64,000 nucleotides of DNA from an uncultured Dehalococcoidia bacterium (lineage in GTDB: Bacteria; Chloroflexota; Dehalococcoidia; Lucifugimonadales; UBA3495): the NCBI GenBank assembly GCA_964343075.1, contig CAYFGT010000007.1, positions 4,318 to 68,317 of the forward strand. Direction: 5' to 3'. The position numbers and the translations under genes are program-made. Every line of letters starts with the position of its first letter. Position 1 is the stretch's first letter. A model generated the notes under the pieces. The model worked only from the letters and a program-made list of their open reading frames with translations. It did not search any database and was not told the origin of the DNA. Positions 1 to 9,935 of the stretch are shown one piece after another.

Positions 1-209
1 GAAGAGGACAGCGCCAATATAGGGAACTCACTAAGGCCGTAGAGAATAATTCAGAATTGAAAGGTTTGATTGAACAAATGGAATCAATGTATGATGCAGA
101 CAGGCAATCAGAACAAGATGATGCGAAAATCGAGGACTCTGCAAGCCTATCCCCAGAGATAGAAAGCTTCTTGGACGAGATTGGGCAACAGCTGGAAGAT
201 GATAAGTAA
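1..209 (+). CDS. C-terminal fragment of a protein running in from the left edge, probably PAC2 (proteasome assembly chaperone)-family
   Basis: Frame starting at nt 3 reads RGQRQYRELTKAVENNSELKGLIEQMESMYD...LSPEIESFLDEIGQQLEDDK* (TAA 207-209). The 'LIEQMESMYD...EIESFL' pattern resembles PAC2-family C-termini. Confidence 0.55.
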   Translation, partial: RGQRQYRELTKAVENNSELKGLIEQMESMYDADRQSEQDDAKIEDSASLSPEIESFLDEIGQQLEDDK

Positions 210-224
210 TAGTCTAGTTAGGCT

Positions 225-301
225 TGGTAGCGCGGGAGGGACTCGAACCCCCGACCTATGGATTATGATTCCACCGCTCTAACCAGCTGAGCTACCGCGC
301 C
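225..301 (-). tRNA. tRNA-Met(CAT), elongator type
   Basis: Reverse complement GGCGCGGTAGCTCAGCTGGTTAGAGCGGTGGAATCATAATCCATAGGTCGGGGGTTCGAGTCCCTCCCGCGCTACCA folds as a cloverleaf with anticodon CAT, TTCGA T-loop and encoded CCA. G1-U72 pair and no GGG/CCC anticodon stem, so not the initiator. Ile2 is not fully excluded. Confidence 0.93.
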
Positions 302-363
302 AAGATAGATGTTAATACACCCGATCCAACAATTGATGTTACCCTTGCTATTTGTAACTGTCA

Positions 364-726
364 ATGAAATATATAGATTTTCCCCTTGGGTTTATCATGT
401 TTAATCAATCAGATATTGTTCAAGATATTCATGCAATCATAAGAAAGATAATCTGCAATCATGTAGACATTCCGGAGTTTGTATCAGGTTCAGGGATTTA
501 CGGACTGGAGATACTGCATAATGTAGTAGATTTGGGTTGTGTAATGGTTGATCATGTTGGCCAACTAAAATTAGTTAATATCAACATGTTGCGTATGGTG
601 TCGCCTGAAATTGGTGTTAATAACTCTTTGAATATGGAGGATTTGGACGTAGGGCTAGACTATATGGTTATTCTTTTTGCCTCGTTGGTAAAACAATTAT
701 CTGAATCAAAACTTCTAAACATATAA
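364..726 (+). CDS. hypothetical protein
   Basis: 120-aa ORF filling the gap between the tRNA and moaC; no recognisable motif; start uncertain. Confidence 0.45.
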   Translation: MKYIDFPLGFIMFNQSDIVQDIHAIIRKIICNHVDIPEFVSGSGIYGLEILHNVVDLGCVMVDHVGQLKLVNINMLRMVSPEIGVNNSLNMEDLDVGLDYMVILFASLVKQLSESKLLNI

Positions 727-741
727 TAGCTACATAATTAT

Positions 742-1653
742 TTATGACAAGTCAAAGGTGCCGCTGCGCCCACCGGATTTCTGAACTACCTTTATGTTGG
801 ATATTATCATTTGTCTGTCTGATGCTTTAGCCATATCGTATATTGTAAGTGCAGCAACACTTACTGCTGTCAGGGCTTCCATTTCAACTCCTGTTTTGGC
901 AGAGGTTTTAGCGAACCCTTCTATGATTATGGAACTTGTTGGTTCATCAATTTTCAGGTCGACTTCAATTTTTTCTAAAGGAAGAGGATGGCATAATGGT
1001 ATCAAGTCTGATGTCTTTTTCGCGCCCATGATTCCTGCTAGCTGCGCTATAGTGAATACATCTCCTTTTTTTAACAATCCTTCTTTGATCAAGTTTAGGG
1101 TGTGGGAAGACATTGTTATGGTTCCTGTTGCCTTGGCCTCACGTGTGGTGACATCTTTGTCTGCAACATCTACCATACTTGCATTACCTGCTTCATCAAT
1201 ATGGGTTAATTGGTTGTTTTGTTCTTCGGTCACTTCCACCTCTCCTTTACTTGCAGCCTCAGCAGCTGAGTATGCAAGCTTGTCTGCTAATTCATTACCT
1301 TCGTTTCCTGAATGGCCTTTGACCCAGTGCCATATCAAGTGGTGTCTTTTGGCTTCAGCATCGAGCATATCCCATAAATCTTTATTGACATTTCGTTTCC
1401 AGTTTTTTGTCATTGAATTGATTACATAACTGCTGTCAGAGAATATATCTATGCTCGTGCTTGTTTCTATAGCTTTGAGCCCTTCGATAACAGCTGTTAT
1501 TTCCATTTGGTTATTGGTGGTATTTCTAGAGCCACCAGATAATTGCTTGATGATGATGTTGTCAGAATAAATTACTACTCCCCAGCCTCCAGGGCCTGGA
1601 TTCCCTTTGCATGAGCCGTCAGTGTAGATTTGTAGGTTTGATGAAGGCTGCAT
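742..1653 (-). CDS. moaC: RNase HI - MoaC (cyclic pyranopterin monophosphate synthase) fusion
   Basis: N-half has YTDGS..GNPGPGGWG, TTNNQMEITA, FSDS, WVKGH..GNE.ADKLA (RNase HI). C-half has MVDV..K, KGDV, LIPLCHP, TGVEMEALTA, YDMAK, KSGGRSG (MoaC). No stop between them. Likely start is ATG at 1653, just past the moaA stop. Confidence 0.9.
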   Translation of the reverse strand: MQPSSNLQIYTDGSCKGNPGPGGWGVVIYSDNIIIKQLSGGSRNTTNNQMEITAVIEGLKAIETSTSIDIFSDSSYVINSMTKNWKRNVNKDLWDMLDAEAKRHHLIWHWVKGHSGNEGNELADKLAYSAAEAASKGEVEVTEEQNNQLTHIDEAGNASMVDVADKDVTTREAKATGTITMSSHTLNLIKEGLLKKGDVFTIAQLAGIMGAKKTSDLIPLCHPLPLEKIEVDLKIDEPTSSIIIEGFAKTSAKTGVEMEALTAVSVAALTIYDMAKASDRQMIISNIKVVQKSGGRSGTFDLS

Positions 1654-1654
1654 A

Positions 1655-2716
1655 TTAACCTCCAATGTGGAACATTTCGATTTTGTTATTAGTGTTAGTA
1701 GCCTTGCGGCCAGAAGTTCTTTCAACAGAGTACTGGTCGGTTCTAAGGCTCCAAGTTTTATTTATCAATTCTATGAGTTCGGAGTCTGTTGCTCCAGATC
1801 TCATTGGAGTTTTGAGATCGACGCCCCCCTCAGCAAACAAACAGGTTACTAATTTCCCGTCGGTGCTAAGCCGAGCTCTTGAACACTGACCACAGAAGGG
1901 CTGGGTAACAGAAGAGATAAAACCTATTTCCCCTGTTCCGTCTGAATACCTATACCTGTCTGCTACTTCTTCGGGGTAGTTCTTGTTCATGGGTTCAATA
2001 TCCAACTCTTGCTTGATAATATCTACTACTTCTCGTGAAGGTACTACTTGCTTGTAATCCCACTGGTTTTGGTTGCCTACATCCATATATTCAATGAAAC
2101 GCAGGATTAAATTATTATCTTTACAGTACCTGGCGAGATCTATAATAGTGTGTTCATTGACCCCTTTTTGAACTACGCAGTTTATTTTTATGGGATTAAA
2201 GCCAGCATTTTTTGCAGAGGAAATCCCTGCCAATACTTTATCGACCGAGAATCCGACTCCATTCATATGTTTGAATACATCATTATCCAAGGAATCCAGG
2301 CTAATTGTGATTCGTTTAAGTCCTGCTTCTTTAAGCGCATGCGCTTGTTTGGGGAGTAAATAGGCGTTAGTCGTTAGGGCTAAGTCATTCATGCCATCTA
2401 AGGAAGTAAGCATTTCGATTAGTTGGTTGACGTTTGTTCGAAGTAACGGTTCGCCGCCAGTTATCCTCAATTTGCTGACCCCTAGTTCCGTAAAAATCCG
2501 GGCAAGCCTTGTTATTTCTTCGAACGTTAGGATGTCGTGTTTAGGTAGGAATTTATAAGCAACTCCGAATGTTTCTTTAGGCATGCAGTAAGGACACCTG
2601 AAATTACACTTATCAGTGATCGATATTCTTAGGTCTTTTAATGGTCGTTTAAATGTATCGGTTATATACATACTATTCAGATTGAGTTGATTAGTGCTCT
2701 GAGAATGCAGTAACAC
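1655..2716 (-). CDS. moaA: GTP 3',8-cyclase MoaA (radical SAM)
   Basis: CNFRCPYC radical SAM motif, TGGEP, FCGQC..R......G.L..CLF twitch cluster, C-terminal IGG. Start may be 2716 (GTG) or 2671 (ATG). Confidence 0.95.
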   Translation of the reverse strand: MLLHSQSTNQLNLNSMYITDTFKRPLKDLRISITDKCNFRCPYCMPKETFGVAYKFLPKHDILTFEEITRLARIFTELGVSKLRITGGEPLLRTNVNQLIEMLTSLDGMNDLALTTNAYLLPKQAHALKEAGLKRITISLDSLDNDVFKHMNGVGFSVDKVLAGISSAKNAGFNPIKINCVVQKGVNEHTIIDLARYCKDNNLILRFIEYMDVGNQNQWDYKQVVPSREVVDIIKQELDIEPMNKNYPEEVADRYRYSDGTGEIGFISSVTQPFCGQCSRARLSTDGKLVTCLFAEGGVDLKTPMRSGATDSELIELINKTWSLRTDQYSVERTSGRKATNTNNKIEMFHIGG

Positions 2717-2733
2717 CTCTTAATTATACAGGA

Positions 2734-3333
2734 TTAAAGTATTTCTAGTCTCTCGATGAGTAGTTTTATTTTTCTTAAGGCGTCAGCTCGGTGGCTAATC
2801 AGGTTCTTAACATTGGAAGGAAGCTCTGCCATCGTTTTGTTTAAGCTTGGTAACATGAATATAGGATCATAGCCAAATCCGTAGTCTCCCTGGGAAATAT
2901 TGGTTATTATTCCACTTATCCCTCCAATTCCTATAATTGGGGCTGAAGCTAATCCAATTATTGAGATGCAGCAAACAAATCTTGCCTGCCTCTCGTGGCT
3001 GGGAATTTTTGCGAGTTTCGTTAATATGAGTTGGCATCGTTCTTGGTCGGTTAACTTATCGCCTCCATATCGGGCTGAGTAGATTCCAGGGTCACCGCCT
3101 AGAGAATCGATTTCAAGCCCAGAATCATCAGCTAAACAAGGTACTCCAGTTAGTTTGTAACCGTGGGTGCTTTTAATCAGTGAGTTTTCTGCAAATGTGG
3201 CCCCGGATTCTTCTGCTTGGTCCTGTATCCCGAGGTCTGTTAGGGATAATAAATTGTATCCCAGTGGAGAGAGCAGGGTACGATATTCTTCTAATTTGCC
3301 CAAATTCTGTGTTGCTATGAGTAGTTTTTTCAT
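2734..3333 (-). CDS. rdgB: RdgB/HAM1 non-canonical purine NTP pyrophosphatase
   Basis: ATQNLGKLEE, ADDSGL, PGIYSARY, GFGYDPIF, KNLISHR motifs. Confidence 0.95.
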   Translation of the reverse strand: MKKLLIATQNLGKLEEYRTLLSPLGYNLLSLTDLGIQDQAEESGATFAENSLIKSTHGYKLTGVPCLADDSGLEIDSLGGDPGIYSARYGGDKLTDQERCQLILTKLAKIPSHERQARFVCCISIIGLASAPIIGIGGISGIITNISQGDYGFGYDPIFMLPSLNKTMAELPSNVKNLISHRADALRKIKLLIERLEIL

Positions 3334-3359
3334 TGACCGCTGTTGCAATTATGAATGCA

Positions 3360-4556
3360 TTATATGACCTGGTCTTGTGACAATGTTTCTATCTCTGCTG
3401 TTGTATAACCTAGCCATTCTTTATAAATTTCTGTATTATTCTGGCCTAACTGAGGACCTGCATGACGGATCTCACCAGGGTTTTGATCAAACTTAGGTAT
3501 GACTCCTACCATTTTAGTAGGCCCGATAATAGGATCATCAACTTCTACAATATTATTCCGATCTGCTATGTGGGGATCAGTTGCTATGTCTTCGGAGTCA
3601 TATACCTGTCCTACTATGCCTCCAGTAGGTATCAGGTCTTCTAATACTTCTGCCGCTGTTTTATTATCAAACCAAGATTGTATTTCTTCATTCAATTCGT
3701 CTCGATGATTTATACGTGCTTCATTAGTAGCAAATTTCTCAGAACTGAGTAATGATTCAACTCCCATTGCTTTAGCCAGTGTTTCCCAAGTGTTTTGGGA
3801 AGTTGCTGATAATCCAACCCATTTATCATCTGCTGTATGATACAGGTTCCGTGGAGCTGCATCAGGGAAGTTATTTCCGGACCGTCCACGATTTATATTT
3901 AATTTGTCGAACATTGTAACGAAAGGAATCATGAGCCTCATTAATGGTTCGTAAAGGCTTAGGTCTATAACTTCGCCTGTAGATATCGGAGAAGTATCTC
4001 GCTTATAGAGCGCCATCATAGCTGACATCGCGCCAAATACACCTGATACTTCATCGGCCAGTGGTAGTGGGGGTAGGTTTGGAGGGGAGTCTTCGAAGCC
4101 TGCCATATTAACGTAACCACTCATACATTCTGCGACTGTCCCAAATCCTGGTCGGTCTTTATAGGGACCAGTTTGACCAAAGCCCGAGTAGCGAAGGATC
4201 ACTAGATTTGGATTGATCCTGTGTAGTTCCTCCGGGGCTAACCCCCATTTTTCTAGGGTTCCCGGCCTGAAACCTTCTATTAAAACATCTACTTGCTGAA
4301 TTAATTCTTTGAATATTTGTTGTCCTTTCGGGTTATTCAAAGACAAAGTGACCGATTTCTTGTTTCTCGAATGCACAGTCCACCAAACAGAGGTTGCCTG
4401 TATGAATGGTCCCCAATTTCTTAAAGGATCTCCTCTGCCAGGATTTTCTATTTTGATAACCTCGGCCCCAAAGTCTGCCATCAAACTGCTCGCAGTGCCA
4501 CCTGCAACGATCATAGAAATATCTAGTACTTTTATTCCTGATATAGGTCCTTTCAT
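3360..4556 (-). CDS. CaiB/BaiF family III CoA-transferase
   Basis: GIKVLD, ADFGAEVIKIE.P..GDPLR, RNKKSVTL, FRPG, SGFGQTGPY, catalytic Asp in LPLADEVSG. Confidence 0.92.
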   Translation of the reverse strand: MKGPISGIKVLDISMIVAGGTASSLMADFGAEVIKIENPGRGDPLRNWGPFIQATSVWWTVHSRNKKSVTLSLNNPKGQQIFKELIQQVDVLIEGFRPGTLEKWGLAPEELHRINPNLVILRYSGFGQTGPYKDRPGFGTVAECMSGYVNMAGFEDSPPNLPPLPLADEVSGVFGAMSAMMALYKRDTSPISTGEVIDLSLYEPLMRLMIPFVTMFDKLNINRGRSGNNFPDAAPRNLYHTADDKWVGLSATSQNTWETLAKAMGVESLLSSEKFATNEARINHRDELNEEIQSWFDNKTAAEVLEDLIPTGGIVGQVYDSEDIATDPHIADRNNIVEVDDPIIGPTKMVGVIPKFDQNPGEIRHAGPQLGQNNTEIYKEWLGYTTAEIETLSQDQVI

Positions 4557-4569
4557 AAGTTTGCTCTTC

Positions 4570-5421
4570 CTAATTTTCTAATAAGAATTCTGAAACGACG
4601 GCCAAAGTCTCTTCAGGGAATTCAAGTGGTAAGAAGTGGCTGCCAATACCCATAGCTTTAACTCTTGCATCTTCTGCAGTATCGATCCATCTTAATATAG
4701 CGGGGTCATCAGCGATCTGTCCTCCGTCATAGTTACCTAGGAGCAATAAATACTTTCCTTTAAGTCCAGTAAAATATTTGTCTACTTCCATTCCGTAGCG
4801 GGTCTGGTAATAGTGAGCTTCTACCGCTGGAGGACACAGAAGTTGTACTTGACCGCCCTCTAGGGTTTTTGTTCCTCCATCAAGATACCCTTCAAATGAT
4901 TCTTCACACCAGTTTTTGAATGCATTACGATGTCTATAAGCTTCATATATAGCGTCCCGAGATTCCCATACCAGTCGTTTGCTACGCGTGCGATTTAGTC
5001 GCGATTCCAACTGCTCGGGAGTGATCATAGAAGATCTGTTACGAAGAGTGGTTTCAGTTAGTGCTATTTTCGAATATCTCCCCGGAAGCATGTGTGATGC
5101 CATAAGAGTTACTAATCCTCCGGAAGAGTGACCTATACCGTGAAGGTTGGTCAAATTAAGTTCTTCGATGAATGCTGCCACATCTTGACCTACTAATTCA
5201 AAGTCATATTCTCCGGTAGGTTGGTCTGTATATCCATGCCCACGTTGGTTAAGGCAGATGACATGGAAACTTGCTGATAATTTCTGTGCGTAAGGATTCC
5301 ATACATGTGCACATAGCCCAGTAGCGTGGATCATTAATAAAGGAGGTGCTCCTGGGTTTCCCCAGTCTAGATAGTGTTGAGTGATTCCGTTTGCTTGGAT
5401 GTATTTGTCAGTAGGTGTCAA
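4570..5421 (-). CDS. alpha/beta fold hydrolase
   Basis: IHATG oxyanion region, QRGHG, GHSSGG nucleophile elbow, GSHFLPLE catalytic His. Confidence 0.88.
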   Translation of the reverse strand: MTPTDKYIQANGITQHYLDWGNPGAPPLLMIHATGLCAHVWNPYAQKLSASFHVICLNQRGHGYTDQPTGEYDFELVGQDVAAFIEELNLTNLHGIGHSSGGLVTLMASHMLPGRYSKIALTETTLRNRSSMITPEQLESRLNRTRSKRLVWESRDAIYEAYRHRNAFKNWCEESFEGYLDGGTKTLEGGQVQLLCPPAVEAHYYQTRYGMEVDKYFTGLKGKYLLLLGNYDGGQIADDPAILRWIDTAEDARVKAMGIGSHFLPLEFPEETLAVVSEFLLEN

Positions 5422-5536
5422 GGTGTCCTCATTAAGTTTACAGATTTTGATTGTATATTAACAAATTTCTTCAAATGTTTTGATATCAAATCCTAAAACT
5501 TAAGGATAGAAGTTACTATTGCAGGCGTCTCTCATA

Positions 5537-5545
5537 TGGTATAAT
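5537..5545 (+). promoter_or_regulatory. extended -10 sigma70-type promoter of the nuo operon
   Basis: TGGTATAAT upstream of the nuoA SD (GAGGAG) and ATG 5584. Confidence 0.5.
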
Positions 5546-5583
5546 CCGTGATGGCTTAGCATTGAGGAGAGGTTTTTTTAAAA

Positions 5584-5967
5584 ATGCCTGTTGAATACTC
5601 TGTTCAATATGGAATGATTGGAATTTTGGCGGTGGTGGCTACTGCAATCCCCACAAGTTTGATTCTCGTTTCGTGGTTGTTAGAGAAAATAGGGTTGCGC
5701 CCAAAGAATCCAACTGAGGTTAAATTGGACCCCTATGAATGCGGGATGGAAGCTATAGGTGGTCCGTGGCATAAATTCAATTTCAAATACTACATGTACG
5801 CTATATTGTTTGTGATTTTTGATGTAGAAGTTATATTTCTGTATCCTTGGGCAGTGAAATTTTTAGATCTGTCTCTTTTTGCCCTTATTGAAATGTTTAT
5901 TTTCGTCGGTATTTTGCTACTGGGCTGGTTGTATGCTTGGAGAAAGCGTGACCTGGAATGGAGATGA
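5584..5967 (+). CDS. nuoA: NADH-quinone oxidoreductase subunit A
   Basis: [26 protein letters not shown]-terminal LEW. Confidence 0.95.
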   Translation: MPVEYSVQYGMIGILAVVATAIPTSLILVSWLLEKIGLRPKNPTEVKLDPYECGMEAIGGPWHKFNFKYYMYAILFVIFDVEVIFLYPWAVKFLDLSLFALIEMFIFVGILLLGWLYAWRKRDLEWR

Positions 5968-5968
5968 T

Positions 5969-6577
5969 ATGATCAATAACGATTGGCTTAATGAAGGGTT
6001 GTCACTTCCCGAAAGAACCCTTCCCACAGATAGAAAAGAGGGATCTGAAATTCAAGAAATGATCAGTAACTCTGCCGAACCAATTCCAGGAGATGTACTC
6101 GAAATTCCTGATGACTTGCAGAATAATGTCGTAGTAACCTCAGTGGATGCATTGGTAAATTGGGGAAGGAAGTCTTCCTTGTGGCCTGTCTCATTTGGCC
6201 TTGCCTGCTGCGCGTTTGAAATGATGGCTTCAGCAATGAGCAGATTCGACCTTTCTAGATTTGGAATGGAAGTATTCAGAGCATCGCCGCGACAGGCGGA
6301 CTTGTTGATAATAGCGGGTACTGTCACATGGAAAATGGCTCCAGCTATTAAGAGAATATATGACCAAATGCCGGATCCTAAGTGGGTTATATCGATGGGG
6401 GTTTGTGCCACTAGCGGAGGTCCATATTATGGCTCTTATAGTGTTGTCCCAGGAGTAGATCATATAATTCCGGTGGATGTGTATGTGCCTGGATGCCCTC
6501 CAAGACCAGACGCCCTGCTGTATGGGATTATGGAACTCCATGAAAAGATAAAGAAATTCGGCAATCTCAAGAAATGA
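5969..6577 (+). CDS. nuoB: NADH-quinone oxidoreductase subunit B
   Basis: [38 protein letters not shown]. Start moved to ATG 5969, just after the nuoA stop. Confidence 0.95.
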   Translation: MINNDWLNEGLSLPERTLPTDRKEGSEIQEMISNSAEPIPGDVLEIPDDLQNNVVVTSVDALVNWGRKSSLWPVSFGLACCAFEMMASAMSRFDLSRFGMEVFRASPRQADLLIIAGTVTWKMAPAIKRIYDQMPDPKWVISMGVCATSGGPYYGSYSVVPGVDHIIPVDVYVPGCPPRPDALLYGIMELHEKIKKFGNLKK

Positions 6578-6586
6578 TGCGTTAAG

Positions 6587-7030
6587 ATGGTATTAAGAGA
6601 TTTAAATGGGAAAATAGTAGCTGATAAGCTTTTAGAAGTTTTCCCTGGCTGTGTGGATAAAGCTGACAACGATAATGTGTGGGTGCATCCTGAAAATTTG
6701 GTGAAGATAGGTGAATTTCTTAAATCCGAAAATGGCTTCACGATGGACTATCTGAACGCTATCACGGCTGTGGATTTTATAGATCATTTTGATGTTATAT
6801 ATCAACTCACATCCACAGTAACTCAGAATCGTATAGCCATCAGAACAAGCCTCATCGGGCGAGAACACTTGGAGCTTGATTCAGTTATGGGGTTATGGAA
6901 AGGGGCAAATTTACAAGAAAGAGAAATTTGGGATCTGATGGGAATTTACTTTAAAGGTCATCCCAATATGAAACGTTTATTGTTATGGGAAGGATTTGAA
7001 GGACACCCTCTCCGAAAGGATTTTCTGTAG
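6587..7030 (+). CDS. nuoC: NADH-quinone oxidoreductase subunit C
   Basis: EREIWDLMGI.F.GHP...RLL, GHPLRKDF. Confidence 0.95.
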   Translation: MVLRDLNGKIVADKLLEVFPGCVDKADNDNVWVHPENLVKIGEFLKSENGFTMDYLNAITAVDFIDHFDVIYQLTSTVTQNRIAIRTSLIGREHLELDSVMGLWKGANLQEREIWDLMGIYFKGHPNMKRLLLWEGFEGHPLRKDFL

Positions 7031-7037
7031 GTAGCAA

Positions 7038-8147
7038 ATGAGTATTAGAACTGAACCAATGACAGTAAATATAGGACCTCAGCATCCGAGTACTCACGGA
7101 GTATTTAGAATAAGGGTTACATTTGACGGTGAAGAAATAGTAGAAGTGGAACCCATATTGGGATATTTGCATAGAGGGACTGAAAAATTAGCTGAAGAAC
7201 GAAACTATGTTCAGATCGTTACCTTGACTGATAGACTGGATTACACTGCGTCTATGACCAATAATCAAGCTTATTGTTTGGCAGTAGAAAAATTATTGGA
7301 GATTGAAGCTCCCGAACGAGCTAAGTATCTCAGAACAATGACAGCTGAATTGCAACGAATTGCCTCGCATCTGATCGCTGTTGGTTTTTTCTTGCAAGAA
7401 TTAGGAACTTTCGGTGGTACTCCCCTTATGTATGCTTTTAGGGCGCGAGAACGTATTTTGGATATGTTTGAAATGTTATGTGGCGCTCGCATCACGTTAA
7501 GTTATATGCGCCCCGGTGGAGTATTCTGGGATCCTCCTGCAGAATTCTGGATTGCCCTTAACGAGTTTTTAAAAGAATTTCCTGGAGAATTGTCCGAAAT
7601 GGAAGACTTGTTGTTAGGCAATGAAATTCTAATGGTCCGGACGCGTGACGTAAGTCCACTTTCTGCTGAAGATGCCATAAATAATTCTGTGAGTGGCCCT
7701 GTTTTACGAGCGAGTGGAGTACCGATGGATCTGAGAATATTGGACCCATACGATGCCTATGACAAAGTGGATTTTGATGTTCCTGTCGGTTCTAAAGGAG
7801 ATAATTACGACAGATTTTGGGTACGGATGCAAGAAGTTAGGCAAAGCCTTCGGATCATTGAACAATGTGTTGAACAAATAGAACCGGGGGATTATCGTTT
7901 GGATCTTCCAAGAGTCTTGAGAGCAGAACAAGGGACTGAGAGTTATGGGAAAGTTGAAGCTCCTAAAGGAGAATTAGGATTCTATTTATTTAGCGACGGA
8001 AGTGTTTCCCCATACAGAATGAAGATTAGATCCCCTTCTTTAATTAATTTGAGCGTTATTGATCAGCTTTTAGTTGGTTGGAAGTTGGCGGACATGATCG
8101 TCTCGCTTGGAAGTATTGATATAAACATGGGAGAAGTTGATCGATGA
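7038..8147 (+). CDS. nuoD: NADH-quinone oxidoreductase subunit D
   Basis: NIGPQHPSTHGV, GYLHRGTEK, DRLDY, EAPKGELG, C-terminal GEVDR. Confidence 0.96.
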   Translation: MSIRTEPMTVNIGPQHPSTHGVFRIRVTFDGEEIVEVEPILGYLHRGTEKLAEERNYVQIVTLTDRLDYTASMTNNQAYCLAVEKLLEIEAPERAKYLRTMTAELQRIASHLIAVGFFLQELGTFGGTPLMYAFRARERILDMFEMLCGARITLSYMRPGGVFWDPPAEFWIALNEFLKEFPGELSEMEDLLLGNEILMVRTRDVSPLSAEDAINNSVSGPVLRASGVPMDLRILDPYDAYDKVDFDVPVGSKGDNYDRFWVRMQEVRQSLRIIEQCVEQIEPGDYRLDLPRVLRAEQGTESYGKVEAPKGELGFYLFSDGSVSPYRMKIRSPSLINLSVIDQLLVGWKLADMIVSLGSIDINMGEVDR

Positions 8148-9364
8148 GCTGCTCCTTACAAGGGTTTTATCAAACTAATGCTTTGTACCAAGCTATTCAT
8201 GGGTTCTTGGCAAGTTTCCTTCCGTGCTCTTTAGCAACTATAGGTACCGGAATAATGTTTTCTCTGTTTCTGGTCAATATATTTTTGGTGAGTACGGCGT
8301 TGATGACATGGGGCGAACGGAGACTATTAGGAAGATTTCAAACAAGAGTAGGGCCAAATCGATGGGGCCCATTTGGGTTATTGCAACCAATAGCAGACTT
8401 GATTTCTTTGCTATTCAAAGAGAATCTTATTCCGCGTGGGTCTGACAAACTTTTATTTATTGTCGTTCCGATTCTCATAATGATGCCGGTAATCATGGTG
8501 TTAGGCGTGATTCCATTATCACCAGGGATAGCACTCGCCGATTTGAATGTAGGAGTGTTATATATTTTAGCTATAACTTCAGTCTCGTCATTGGGTATCT
8601 TTATTGCCGGCTGGTCTTCTAACAACAGATTCGCGATATTTGGTGCCGTACGCGGGGTTGCTGTTTTAATTAGTTATGAAGTCCCTGTCGTGATTTCATT
8701 ACTGGGAATAGTAGTAGTTACGGGTTCTATGTCACTGTTAAGTATTGTAGAGGCTCAAGCTATTCCATTCTTAATGGTTCAACCCATGGCATTACTTGTG
8801 TTTTTCATTGGGAGTAGTGCTGAAATGAACCGCACGCCATTTGATATTGCAGAGGCTGAATCTGAAATTATCGCTGGATATCACACCGAATTTAGCGGGA
8901 TAAAGTTCGCGGTGATTCAGGCTGCTGAATATGGAGCAATGATTGTTGCCTCAGCCATCATAGCTATTGTTTTTCTTGGGGGATGGTCCGGACCGTTGCC
9001 CGAATATCTTGGTTGGTTGTGGATATTTATCAAGATATTGATAGTAGTGTTTGTGTTTACTTGGGTTAGGGCTACGTTGCCCAGATTAAGAATAGACCAA
9101 ATAATGGCATTTTGTTGGAAAGGATTACTCCCAATGAGTCTCATTAATTTATTAGCTGTTGTAATAGAGACCTTTGTGCTGAAAGGACCGGATGGGCAAC
9201 TTAGTGTATCCGACTTATGGATTATGTGTGTTATAAACACTATAATCACCGTTTGCACTGTAGTCGTATTAAATAAGTTAATATCGGATAAAGTTGACCC
9301 TGTGAGGTCAGAATCGAAAATATTATCGGCTCAAGAATTGTACGCGGGCAGACAGGGGGATTAA
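8144..9364 (+). CDS. nuoH: NADH-quinone oxidoreductase subunit H
   Basis: ERR....Q.R.GPNR.GP.GLLQPIAD, SYEVP, AEMNRTPFDIAEAESE, RATLPRLRIDQ. Confidence 0.95.
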   Translation: MSCSLQGFYQTNALYQAIHGFLASFLPCSLATIGTGIMFSLFLVNIFLVSTALMTWGERRLLGRFQTRVGPNRWGPFGLLQPIADLISLLFKENLIPRGSDKLLFIVVPILIMMPVIMVLGVIPLSPGIALADLNVGVLYILAITSVSSLGIFIAGWSSNNRFAIFGAVRGVAVLISYEVPVVISLLGIVVVTGSMSLLSIVEAQAIPFLMVQPMALLVFFIGSSAEMNRTPFDIAEAESEIIAGYHTEFSGIKFAVIQAAEYGAMIVASAIIAIVFLGGWSGPLPEYLGWLWIFIKILIVVFVFTWVRATLPRLRIDQIMAFCWKGLLPMSLINLLAVVIETFVLKGPDGQLSVSDLWIMCVINTIITVCTVVVLNKLISDKVDPVRSESKILSAQELYAGRQGD

Positions 9365-9930
9365 TGTACGGTATAGAAATGGTCAAAGGACTATTGGTTA
9401 CTCTCAAAAATTTCTCTAAGAAACCTGTCACGATTCAATATCCTGAGCAACGAGTTTCTCAGCACCCCAGATTTAGAGGCGAAGAATTCACGTGGTACGA
9501 AGAAAGATGCACTGGATGCGCTTCTTGTGCAAAATATTGTCCTCTCGGAATTATAGAAATTGTTACCGATCCTAGTGAAACCGCTGTAAAACAAGGTGAT
9601 AAATATAAGTTAGAAAAATTTGACATCCAATTATTTCGGTGCATGTTTTGTGGTTTGTGCGTAGAGGCCTGTCCATATGACGCCTTATTCATGGGAAGTG
9701 GATTTGAAGAAGGGAAATACACCCGTAGTGACATGGTTATAACGATTGATGATTTGAGGAATGCTCCGAAAAATCCTTCTACTTGGTATAGACCGCAATT
9801 GGAAGCCAAGAAATATGACCCGAGAAGCGGTCAACAATTGGGCTGGAAAGAAGTAGGGCGAGAATCATGGAATTGGCACAAAAATGAGAAGGCAGGAATG
9901 AGGATCTCTTCGGAATCCGAAGAAGACTGA
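9364..9930 (+). CDS. nuoI: NADH-quinone oxidoreductase subunit I
   Basis: TIQYPE, CTGCASCAKYCP and CMFCGLCVEACP (two [4Fe-4S] motifs); C-terminal extension. Confidence 0.94.
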   Translation: MYGIEMVKGLLVTLKNFSKKPVTIQYPEQRVSQHPRFRGEEFTWYEERCTGCASCAKYCPLGIIEIVTDPSETAVKQGDKYKLEKFDIQLFRCMFCGLCVEACPYDALFMGSGFEEGKYTRSDMVITIDDLRNAPKNPSTWYRPQLEAKKYDPRSGQQLGWKEVGRESWNWHKNEKAGMRISSESEED

Positions 9931-9935
9931 TATTT

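Noticed and set aside
225-741. Integrative element at tRNA-Met
   Set aside because: No integrase and no duplicated tRNA 3' end seen in the window; only one small hypothetical ORF nearby.
794-1429. Long antisense ORFs (794..1429, 13924..14382, 40144..40605, 41837..42358, 45367..45810, 52239..52706 and similar)
   Set aside because: They lie opposite well-supported genes and have no motifs; treated as shadow ORFs.
6575-6589. nuoB ends in TGA followed in frame by TGC-GTT-AAG-ATG(nuoC), suggesting Sec read-through into a NuoBC fusion
   Set aside because: The UGA is at the normal NuoB end after all conserved motifs, no conserved Cys belongs there, and the downstream sequence is AT-rich with no SECIS-like hairpin. 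In-frame neighbours arise by chance.
7038-8147. NuoD as a group 4 [NiFe]-hydrogenase large subunit, given the missing NuoEFG
   Set aside because: No N- or C-terminal CxxC nickel ligands; it has the quinone-site HPSTHG and RLDY motifs and ends in GEVDR.
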